This document shows, piece after piece, positions 1-9,490 of a stretch of DNA of 21,741 bases. How positions within the stretch are numbered: the stretch's first letter is position 1; every line of letters begins with the position of its first letter. This DNA is from Tubiluchus corallicola (lineage: Eukaryota; Animalia; Priapulida). Both the position numbers and the translations under genes were made by a program. The stretch spans positions 1 to 21,741 of the forward strand of contig JAQGDQ010002477.1 in the NCBI GenBank assembly GCA_030141605.1, given 5' to 3'. The notes under the pieces were generated by a model, which saw nothing but the letters and a program-made list of their open reading frames with translations, was not told the DNA's origin and searched no databases.

Positions 1-1
1 A

Positions 2-349
2 ACTGGAAAAATGATTCAGCTACCAATTGAGACAGCTTTAATTATAGGAGGTGCTTCACTAAAGCAGTATGACGCATTACTAAAAGTAGCAAGTCTAATA
101 GGATTGTGCTTTCAAATTAAAGATGACATTTTAGATGTTGAAGGTGATTTTAATAGTTTAGGAAAAAGCATAAATAGTGATAAAAGATTAAAAAAATCAA
201 CTTACCCTTCTGTTTTAGGCCTTGAAAAATCAAAACGATTACTTGAAAATTATATAAATAGTTCTAAAGAAATAATTCAAAGTATTTTTCCTAATAATAA
301 TACTAATATAATACAGTTTATCGAATATGTCAGTTCAAGAAATAAGTAA
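2..349 (+). CDS. ispA: Polyprenyl (farnesyl/geranyl) diphosphate synthase, C-terminal part; 5' end lies outside the window
   Basis: Second aspartate-rich motif FQIKDDILD and GKSINSD..KSTYP. The frame is open from position 2 (TGKMIQLP), so ATG 11 is internal. Confidence 0.9.
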   Translation, partial: TGKMIQLPIETALIIGGASLKQYDALLKVASLIGLCFQIKDDILDVEGDFNSLGKSINSDKRLKKSTYPSVLGLEKSKRLLENYINSSKEIIQSIFPNNNTNIIQFIEYVSSRNK

Positions 350-483
350 AATATTTATTGAAAGCATGTTTTCTTGTTAACAGATTCAATATAAATAAAT
401 ATTTTGTTTTTACTAGTGTTATAATTTTTAGTATTTTTTTGTAAATTTATTGTTGGTATGATAGTATATAATATATAAAATTA

Positions 484-1170
484 ATGATGAAAGGAGTGAG
501 TAGTATTAAATATTTATTGTTAGCTATATTTTTTATACTCTGTTTTTCAGTAATGGCTTGTAGCAAAGAAGGTGAACCTAATACTTCTAAAGGAACAAGT
601 AATGCTTCAAAAGAAAATATAGAGAATAGAGAAGAAAATAATGTTTCAGAAAATGAAATAAAAAAAAGTGATGAAAGTAAAGATGATGAAAATGCAAATA
701 ATGTAAATGAGGTAAAAAAAGATGAAAACAATAAAAAAGAAGGTGAAGTTGTGGCAAATAATAAGCTAAGTGTCGGAGATATTGCACCTGAATTTGAAGT
801 GAAAAATCTTTTTACTGGAGAAATTGTTAAAAGTAATGCTTTGAAAGGTAAAAAAGTACTTTTGAACCTTAGTACAAAATGGTGACCTACTTGTAAAAAG
901 GAGAAGGGTCTTCTCCAAAAATATTGGGATGAAAACAAAGATAGAGATGATGTAGAGATACTTGTAGTTTATGCAGATGTAAGAGAAACACCTGGTGGAG
1001 TAAAAAGTTACTTAAAAGAAAATAATTATGATTTTCCAACATACTTTGATTATGATAAAAAACTTATGAGACAATACAAGATTAGTTCTGTTCCCAAAAA
1101 TTATCTAATTGATGAAGATGGTGTAATACTTTGGGAAGGTGGTATGTTTGATTTCAATAAATTAAAATAA
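484..1170 (+). CDS. TlpA/ResA-like thioredoxin-fold lipoprotein with selenocysteine (UxxC active site)
   Basis: Signal peptide with lipobox VMA-C, then an E/N/K-rich linker, then VGDIAPEF..LKGKKVLLNLSTKW-TGA(883-885)-PTC. The frame stays open for 94 more codons (..VEILVVYAD..NNYDFPTYFD..YKISSVPKNYLIDEDGVI, containing the cis-Pro motif) to TAA at 1168-1170. SECIS-like hairpin at 900-916. The start codon is uncertain (484/487 ATG or 505 ATT). Confidence 0.9.
900..916 (+). promoter_or_regulatory. Putative bacterial SECIS element
   Basis: GGAGAAG-GGT-CTTCTCC: perfect 7-bp stem with a G-containing GGU apical loop, starting 14 nt after the UGA. Confidence 0.75.
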
Positions 1171-1205
1171 TAGTCTAGCTTTAAAGCTAGACTATTATTT
1201 TAATT
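1160..1205. terminator. Bidirectional intrinsic terminator between the selenoprotein gene and the convergent 5S rRNA
   Basis: Perfect 46-bp palindrome AATTAAAATAATAGTCTAGCTTT/AAAGCTAGACTATTATTTTAATT overlapping the TAA stop. Confidence 0.8.
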
Positions 1206-1225
1206 ATACTCAAAAAATAAAAAAA

Positions 1226-1345
1226 TGCTTAGCAAGTTCCTAATCTCCCGCAGGGCTGCCCCTGAAGTACTTTCGGCGTTTAAGGGCTTAACTTCTGGGT
1301 TCGGAATGGAACCAGGTGTTTCCCCTTAGCTATTCTTACTAAGCA
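1226..1345 (-). rRNA. rrf: 5S ribosomal RNA (orphan copy)
   Basis: Minus strand reads TGCTTAGTAAGAATAGCTAAGGGGAAACACCTGGTTCCATTCCGAACCCAGAAGTTAAGCCC...AGTACT...GGGAGATTAGGAACTTGCTAAGCA. It has the conserved CCGAAC and GAAGTTAAGC motifs, the two ends pair (helix I), and the length is about 120 nt. Confidence 0.97.
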
Positions 1346-1350
1346 AAATA

Positions 1351-1379
1351 ATTATACAACAAATATTTTGTTTTGTCAA
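1351..1379 (-). promoter_or_regulatory. Consensus sigma70 promoter for the 5S rRNA
   Basis: Minus strand TTGACA (1379-1374), 17-nt spacer, TATAAT (1356-1351). Confidence 0.9.
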
Positions 1380-1647
1380 TACTTTTTATAAAAAATATAA
1401 AAAATTCTTGAAGGTAAAAGATACATACTAATTTTATTATTGTGTAGCAACTTAGAAAGTAAAAATATGCATAAATAAAAAAATAAAATATAAATACTTT
1501 CTTTAAAATAATTAAAAAATAATAGTTTCATATAATTAGTAGAAACGTTAAATAATTATGAAGTAGTATAAGTAATTGTATAAAAACCTTGTTCACGATA
1601 AGGATAGTATTTATGAATAAACTTAATAATTATATAATATATAATCT

Positions 1648-1690
1648 GTAAACATTGTTGTTGACAGCTTACTAATCATATGTGATAATA
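1648..1690 (+). promoter_or_regulatory. sigma70 promoter of the MATE gene (copy 1 of a 43-bp direct repeat)
   Basis: TTGACA 1661-1666, 17 nt, extended TGn-GATAAT 1684-1689. 37/43 identical to 3960-4002. Confidence 0.75.
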
Positions 1691-1762
1691 TGTCACATCT
1701 ATAATCTAAATGATTCTAAATAGATAAAATCTAAATAGTATATAATTTAAAAAGAGGTTTTT

Positions 1763-3127
1763 ATGGATATAAATTTATTTTCAGATAAAATTTTTTATAA
1801 ACAATTACTAAAAATAGCTATTCCAATAGCTATCCAAAATTTAATCTCGTCTATTTTAAATATAATTGATACTTTTATGGTTGGGCAAATAGGTGAGGAT
1901 GCTATAGCAGCTCTTAGCTTAGTCAATCAAGTATTTTTTGTTATGATATTGATTCTTTTTGGGATATATAATGGTTCTTCTATATTTATGGCTCAATTTT
2001 GGGGAAAAAAAGATACAGAGAACATAAAAAAAACTCTTGGACTAAGCTTATTTTTAGGAATACTGGCGTCAACATTATTCTTTGTTTTTTCTCAGCTATT
2101 TCCCCAAAATATATTAAATATTTTTTCTAAAGATGAAAATGTTGTAGATTTAGGAGTTAAATATTTTAAAATAATTGGTTGGAGCTATGTGGCTACTGCT
2201 ATAACTTTTGGATATAACGTAGGGCTGCGTTGTATAGAAAAGGTAAGAGTGCCAACAATTATTAGTAGTATCTCTGTTGCTGTTAATATTGTTTTAAATT
2301 ATGTACTTATTTTTGGAAACCTTGGATTTCCTGCACTTGGAGTACAAGGGGCAGCTATTGCAACCTTAATTGCAAGATTATTAGAATGTACGATTACTAT
2401 TTTATATATTTATATTGGTAAAAACTTACTTTCTAGTAAGATGAAAGAACTTTTTACTTTTAGCAAAGATTTTTTCATAAAGTATATAAAGGTTACACTT
2501 CCTGTTATTTTAAATGAGCTTATGTGGGTTTTAGGTGTCACTACTTATACTATTGTTTATGCTAGAATAAGCACTGAAGCTATTGCTTCAATTGGGATTA
2601 ATAGTAGTATTGAAAGAATAGCTTTTGTTTTACTATTTGGAATAGCTAGTGCTGCAGGGATTATGATTGGAATAAAGATAGGGGAAAATAAAAATAATGA
2701 AGCTCAAGCTTATGCTAGTCGCTTTATAAAGTTAGGTGTGATATTAGCTTTTGTTACAAGTGTTATTTTGTTAATTTTTGCTAGTAAAATTTTATCTTTA
2801 TATAACGTTTCCCAAGTAACACTAAATTATTCTATAAAGATAATGTACTTATTTTGTTTATTACTTCCTGTTAAGGTTTTTAACCTAATTGCAATGGTTG
2901 GAATAATAAGAGGAGGAGGAGATACAAAATTTGGGATGCTAATAGAAATAATAAGTGTTTGGTTTATTGGAGTTCCAATTGCTATTTTTACAGGCTTATT
3001 ATTAAAGTTACCTATATATTGGGTTTTTTTATTAATAAATATAGAAGAGGTTGTCAGGTCTATTATTGCTTTTTTTAGAATAAAGTCTGAAAAATGGATA
3101 AAGAATATAGTAAAGGATATACAGTGA
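1763..3127 (+). CDS. MATE family efflux transporter
   Basis: 454 aa, very hydrophobic. Motifs IAIPI..IIDTFMVGQIG, NIVLNYVLIFG.LGFPALGVQGAAIATLIAR and RGGGDTK. RBS AGAGG. Confidence 0.95.
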   Translation: MDINLFSDKIFYKQLLKIAIPIAIQNLISSILNIIDTFMVGQIGEDAIAALSLVNQVFFVMILILFGIYNGSSIFMAQFWGKKDTENIKKTLGLSLFLGILASTLFFVFSQLFPQNILNIFSKDENVVDLGVKYFKIIGWSYVATAITFGYNVGLRCIEKVRVPTIISSISVAVNIVLNYVLIFGNLGFPALGVQGAAIATLIARLLECTITILYIYIGKNLLSSKMKELFTFSKDFFIKYIKVTLPVILNELMWVLGVTTYTIVYARISTEAIASIGINSSIERIAFVLLFGIASAAGIMIGIKIGENKNNEAQAYASRFIKLGVILAFVTSVILLIFASKILSLYNVSQVTLNYSIKIMYLFCLLLPVKVFNLIAMVGIIRGGGDTKFGMLIEIISVWFIGVPIAIFTGLLLKLPIYWVFLLINIEEVVRSIIAFFRIKSEKWIKNIVKDIQ

Positions 3128-3959
3128 TAAAATTAAATTTAAAAATAAAAAGCGATCAATTATAAAATTAATTATTTTTAGTATGTTGATCTGAAAAAGT
3201 AATGTAGGAAATAAAATCTGATGTAATTAAATAATGGTGTTATATAACTAGTTAATACAAAAATTAAAGTATTTAGTTAAAAAATAATACTGTATAAATA
3301 CAATATAATAGGACAAGAATATACCTATTGTTTAAAGTGGGATAATCAAAAAAGAGTGATTTTAAAATATAAAAAAGGTTATAAAGAAATAAAATATTTT
3401 TAAAATAGGAAAAATAGTATTTAAGTTGGAAGGATTTATAAGCTTAGGGCATATGAAATTGTGTATCCAAAAAATAGATGATAAAAAATGTTGCAGTAAG
3501 CCTTAAATGTAAAAAAAACCTTGGATTTATTCACTAAAAATAACTACAAAGTAAGTATATTAATGCTGATAAGAGAAGAGGTTTTATATATGTAATCACC
3601 AAAAGGTGAGGTGAATTAAGAGGTAAATTTATTATAAAAAGTAAAATGGCCTGAAGTTTTAGATATAGATATAATAGATATTTATTAGAATATTAAGCAG
3701 AAAGTGGATCTAACATTTTTTAGAGTTACTGCTATCCTAAAGAGGAATGAAAGTATAGAATAAATTGTTATAAAATAATTTATCTAAAAAGATATTGATA
3801 AAAAGTAGATTTTTAGAGTTAGGATTTTAAAGTAATATATTTAATAAATATTATTATATAAAGATACTAATAATTTAGCATGTAAAGAAGTAATGAAAAT
3901 AGATGATGTTTTACACAATAAGTTTTTTTAGTTTTACTATGTTTAATGAATTTTTACTA

Positions 3960-4002
3960 GTAAATATTGTTATTGACAGCTAGTTAATCATATGCGATAA
4001 TA
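3960..4002 (+). promoter_or_regulatory. sigma70 promoter upstream of the tatD operon (copy 2 of the 43-bp direct repeat)
   Basis: TTGACA 3973-3978, 17 nt, TGc-GATAAT 3996-4001. Confidence 0.7.
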
Positions 4003-4166
4003 CAACGTATGTGTGAAGTTGTATTATGTTTGAAAAGTATTTTGTTATGAAGTCAAAGTTTTTGGATGAATTACTTGTAAATAATTATATTTATATTTTG
4101 TATTATGATAAGATTTTGTAACTTTAACTTAAGCTGTTTATTGTTATTTTTACTTAAGGGGTTGTA

Positions 4167-4922
4167 ATGAAACTAGTTGACACACATGTGCACTTAGATT
4201 CTTTTAAATATGATAATGATAGAGATGAAATAATAAAAAAAATTAATGAAAAAATGCTATTTATTGTAAACATATCATACGATTTGGAAAGCTCTATTTA
4301 TAGTGCTAATTTAGCAAGTAAATATGGTTTTATATATGCAGCAGTGGGATTTCACCCAACTGATGCTATTTACTATAATAGTGACAGTGAAAATAAAATC
4401 ATTGAACTTATTAAAAATAAAAAAGTTATTGCAATAGGTGAAATAGGGCTTGATTACTACTGGATGAAAGCTAGTAAGGATAGGCAAAAAGAAGTGTTTG
4501 AAAAACAAATGGAAATTGCTAAAAAACATAACTTACCAGTTGTAATACATACAAGAGATGCAACTAGTGATACTATAGAAATATTATCACACTATAAGGA
4601 AGTTCATGGAATTTTGCACTGTTATCCTGGATCTTATGAAATGGTAGAAAAAGTTTTAAATAATTATTATATTGGAGTTGGAGGAGTTGTAACATTTAAA
4701 AATGCTAAAAAAGTGAAAGAAACAGTAAAAAAAGTACCAATTGATAGAATAGTAGTGGAAACAGATTCTCCATACCTTACTCCGTCACCTTATAGAGGGA
4801 AGAGAAATCATCCGTTATATGTAAAATACATAGTAGAAGAAATTGCTAGAATAAAAAACATGCCCTTTATAGATGTTTTGAATATAACTAATGATAATGC
4901 AAAAGCAGCATATAAGCTATAG
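4167..4922 (+). CDS. tatD: TatD family hydrolase/DNase
   Basis: DTHVH, GFHP, AIGEIGLDYYW, IHTRDA and ETDSPYLTP motifs. Confidence 0.95.
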   Translation: MKLVDTHVHLDSFKYDNDRDEIIKKINEKMLFIVNISYDLESSIYSANLASKYGFIYAAVGFHPTDAIYYNSDSENKIIELIKNKKVIAIGEIGLDYYWMKASKDRQKEVFEKQMEIAKKHNLPVVIHTRDATSDTIEILSHYKEVHGILHCYPGSYEMVEKVLNNYYIGVGGVVTFKNAKKVKETVKKVPIDRIVVETDSPYLTPSPYRGKRNHPLYVKYIVEEIARIKNMPFIDVLNITNDNAKAAYKL

Positions 4923-4931
4923 GAAAAAATT

Positions 4932-5300
4932 ATGAAAATTTTAGGAATAGGAAACGATATTATAGAAATAGATCGAATAAAAAAAGCTATAGATAAAAGT
5001 AGATTATTTACTAGAAAAGTGTTTACAAAATCAGAAATTAAATATATAGAAACACACGCGCAACCTTATCAAAGTTATGCAGGAAGATTTGCAGCAAAGG
5101 AAGCTGTATTTAAATCATTTGGCACAGGGATTAGGTACTTTACACTACTAGATATAGAAATATTAAATGATAAGCTAGGAAAGCCTAAGGTATTTTTCAA
5201 AAATGAAGATCTTATAAAAAAATATAAAAACTGTGAAATTCATATTTCTATTTCTCATAGTAAAAACTATGCACTAGCTACTGCCATTTTAGTAGAATAA
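4932..5300 (+). CDS. acpS: Holo-[acyl-carrier-protein] synthase
   Basis: GIGNDIIEIDR, AGRFAAKEAVFKSFGTG, GKP and ISISHS motifs. Confidence 0.96.
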   Translation: MKILGIGNDIIEIDRIKKAIDKSRLFTRKVFTKSEIKYIETHAQPYQSYAGRFAAKEAVFKSFGTGIRYFTLLDIEILNDKLGKPKVFFKNEDLIKKYKNCEIHISISHSKNYALATAILVE

Positions 5301-5323
5301 AAAATATAATTAAGAGGTTTATT

Positions 5324-6430
5324 ATGAATTTTTTAGATATAAAGAGAGAATATGAGGGTTTAAAGTTAAAGTTTTTAGATATGAAAAAATATATAGACAT
5401 CCCTAATAAAAAAAAAGAAATAGATATTCTTGAAAAAAAAACTATTGAGCCCAACTTTTGGAAAAATAATAAAAAGAGTAAAGATGTTATTAAAAAGTTA
5501 AATTTACTAAAAGATATAGTTAAAGACTTTAGTATAATTGAAAATTTAAATTATGAAATTCAAGTAATAATTGACTTTATTAATGAAGGTGAAGATGAAT
5601 TTTTAGAAGAGCTTATTAGTAAATTTTTAAAATTTAAAAGAAATTTTTTAACATTTGACACGGAACTTTTATTAAATCAAGAATATGATTATAATAATGC
5701 TATTGTTACAATACATGCTGGAGCTGGAGGCACGGAAGCTTGTGACTGAGCTGAGATGCTTTATAGAATGTATAGTAGGTGGGTAAATTCTAAGAAATAT
5801 AAATTAAATGAGTTAGACTATTTAGCTGGAGATACAGTTGGAATAAAATCAATTACTTTTGTTGTATCAGGGGAAAAGTCATATGGTTACCTAAAGGGAG
5901 AGAAAGGTGTTCATAGGCTAATTAGAATTTCACCATTTGATGCAAATAAAAAAAGACATACTTCCTTTGCTTCTGTTGATGTTGTTCCTGAAATAGAAGG
6001 CGATACTGAAATAAAAATAGATTCTAATGACCTTAAAATAGACACATATAGATCAAGTGGAGCTGGTGGGCAACATGTTAATACAACTGATTCTGCAGTT
6101 AGGATTTCTCATATCCCTTCAGGAATAGTTGTATCTTGTCAAAAAGATAGATCCCAAATAAAAAATAGGGAAATTGCCATGAAGTTGCTGAAAGCAAAGC
6201 TATTAGAAATAGAAATAAAAAAAAGAGAAGAAAAAATAAAAAATGATCATGGAAAATCAGGAGAAATAGGATGGGGGAATCAAATTCGTTCTTATATTTT
6301 TCAGCCCTATACTCTTGTAAAAGATCATAGAACAAATATTGAAGTTGGAAATGTAAAATCTGTTATTGATGGTGAGATAGATATATTTATGTTTGAATTT
6401 TTAAAATGGAAAAAAGAAAAAAATATATAA
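5324..6430 (+). CDS. prfB: Peptide chain release factor 2, interrupted by an in-frame TGA at 5747-5749
   Basis: ORFs 5324-5749 and 5756-6430 are in the same frame. Joined they give 368 codons: HAGAGGTEACD-[TGA]-AEMLYRMY, the SPF motif (RISPFD), the GGQ motif and WGNQIRSY. No CTT-TGA frameshift site near codon 25. Confidence 0.93.
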
Positions 6431-6436
6431 GATTGA

Positions 6437-7966
<1,530 letters not shown>

Positions 7967-7981
7967 GTTTAAGGAGGAAAA

Positions 7982-8854
7982 ATGTCAACTCAATATGAAT
8001 TGAATAAGAATCTTGCTCAAATGCTAAAAGGTGGAGTAATAATGGATGTAGTGACTCCTGAACAAGCAATAATAGCTGAAGAAGCTGGAGCAGTTGCAGT
8101 TATGGCACTAGAAAGAGTTCCTGCTGATATAAGAGCAGCAGGTGGGGTCTCTAGAATGAGTGACCCTAAAATGATAAAAGGGATACAAGAAGCTGTGTCT
8201 ATTCCTGTTATGGCCAAAGTTAGAATAGGTCACTTTGTAGAAGCTCAGATATTAGAAGCTTTAGAAATTGATTATATTGACGAATCAGAAGTTTTATCTC
8301 CAGCAGATGAAACATTTCATGTTGATAAAAATAACTATAAAGTTCCATTTGTTTGTGGAGCAAAAGATTTAGGTGAAGCCTTAAGAAGAATATCAGAAGG
8401 TGCTGCGATGATAAGAACAAAAGGTGAACCAGGTACAGGTGATATTATTCAAGCAGTTAGGCATATGAGAATGATGAATAAAGAGATAAGAATAGTACAA
8501 AACCTTCGTGAAGACGAACTTTATCATAAAGCAAAGCAATTACAAGTACCAATAAGTTTACTAAAATCAGTTCATAGTAATGGAAAACTTCCTGTGGTAA
8601 ATTTTGCAGCAGGTGGAATAGCAACTCCTGCTGATGCAGCACTTATGATGCAGCTAGGAGCAGAAGGAGTATTTGTAGGTTCAGGTATATTTAAATCAGG
8701 AAATCCAAAAAAAAGGGCTCAAGCAATAGTAAAGGCTGTAACTAACTATAATAATCCTAGTATTCTAGCTGAAATTTCTGAAGATTTAGGAGAAGCTATG
8801 GTTGGAATTAATGAAGAAGAAATAGAGATTATAATGGCTGAAAGAGGAAAATAA
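7982..8854 (+). CDS. pdxS: Pyridoxal 5'-phosphate synthase lyase subunit
   Basis: [33 protein letters not shown] and [29 protein letters not shown]. Confidence 0.98.
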   Translation: MSTQYELNKNLAQMLKGGVIMDVVTPEQAIIAEEAGAVAVMALERVPADIRAAGGVSRMSDPKMIKGIQEAVSIPVMAKVRIGHFVEAQILEALEIDYIDESEVLSPADETFHVDKNNYKVPFVCGAKDLGEALRRISEGAAMIRTKGEPGTGDIIQAVRHMRMMNKEIRIVQNLREDELYHKAKQLQVPISLLKSVHSNGKLPVVNFAAGGIATPADAALMMQLGAEGVFVGSGIFKSGNPKKRAQAIVKAVTNYNNPSILAEISEDLGEAMVGINEEEIEIIMAERGK

Positions 8855-8855
8855 A

Positions 8856-9419
8856 ATGACTATTGGTGTTTTAGCTGTGCAAGGAGCCTTTATTGAACAT
8901 GTAAAAATATTAAATAAAATTGGTGTAAAAACCTTTGAAATAAGAAAATTAAAAGATTTAAATAAAAAATTTAATGCTTTAATAATTCCTGGAGGAGAAA
9001 GTACAGCAATAGGAAAGCTTTTAGTTGAATTAAAGATGATGGATCCAATTAGAAATATGATAAAAGAAGGGCTACCTGTTTTTGGGACTTGTGCAGGAAT
9101 GATTCTGCTTTCTAAAAAAATACTAAATGAAAGTAATACTTACTTTTCACTAATGGATATAGTCGTTAGAAGAAATGCTTATGGAAGACAACTAGGGAGC
9201 TTTAATGTAATAGACAAATTTGCAAATATTGAGGATTTTCCTATGATATTTATTAGGGCCCCATACATTGAATCTGTTGGTCCAAGTGTAGAAATTCTTT
9301 CAAAAGTTGACAATCAAATAGTAGCTGCGAAAGAAAAAAATATACTAGTTACATCTTATCACCCTGAATTAACTAATGATGTACGAATACACAAATACTT
9401 TATAGATAATTTTATATGA
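8856..9419 (+). CDS. pdxT: PLP synthase glutaminase subunit
   Basis: GVLAVQGAF.EH, PGGEST, GTCAG, RNAYGRQ, FIRAP and HPEL. Follows pdxS. Confidence 0.97.
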   Translation: MTIGVLAVQGAFIEHVKILNKIGVKTFEIRKLKDLNKKFNALIIPGGESTAIGKLLVELKMMDPIRNMIKEGLPVFGTCAGMILLSKKILNESNTYFSLMDIVVRRNAYGRQLGSFNVIDKFANIEDFPMIFIRAPYIESVGPSVEILSKVDNQIVAAKEKNILVTSYHPELTNDVRIHKYFIDNFI

Positions 9420-9439
9420 TAATATGAAGCTTTAAACAT

Positions 9440-9490
9440 AATAAGAACAAAGAAGTTATCACCTTATGTAATTTCTTTGTTCTTATTTTT
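9440..9490. terminator. Probable bidirectional terminator between pdxT and glgA
   Basis: 15-bp perfect inverted repeat AATAAGAACAAAGAA (9440-9454) / TTCTTTGTTCTTATT (9473-9487), followed by a T run. Confidence 0.75.

Noticed and set aside
447-938. Antisense ORFs 447-938 and 587-787
   Set aside because: Shadows of the purine-rich lipoprotein gene; F/S/L-rich with no motifs.
3973-4002. Resemblance of TTGACAGCTAG... to synthetic Anderson/tac promoters (vector contamination)
   Set aside because: The match covers only about 11 nt, a diverged native copy exists at 1648-1690, and no vector sequence is nearby.
3128-4166. CRISPR array, IS element or riboswitch in the long intergenic region
   Set aside because: No regularly spaced repeats, terminal inverted repeats, transposase fragments or recognisable aptamer. 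Only a trivial TCACC-AAAA-GGTGA hairpin (3596-3609).
5747-5800. Selenocysteine at the prfB UGA
   Set aside because: The aligned residue is Trp, not Cys, and no convincing SECIS hairpin follows.
5756-6430. Separate 224-aa release-factor-like gene (PrfH/ArfB type)
   Set aside because: It is collinear and in frame with the upstream RF2 N-terminal domain, has the SPF motif, and has no well-spaced SD at 5756.
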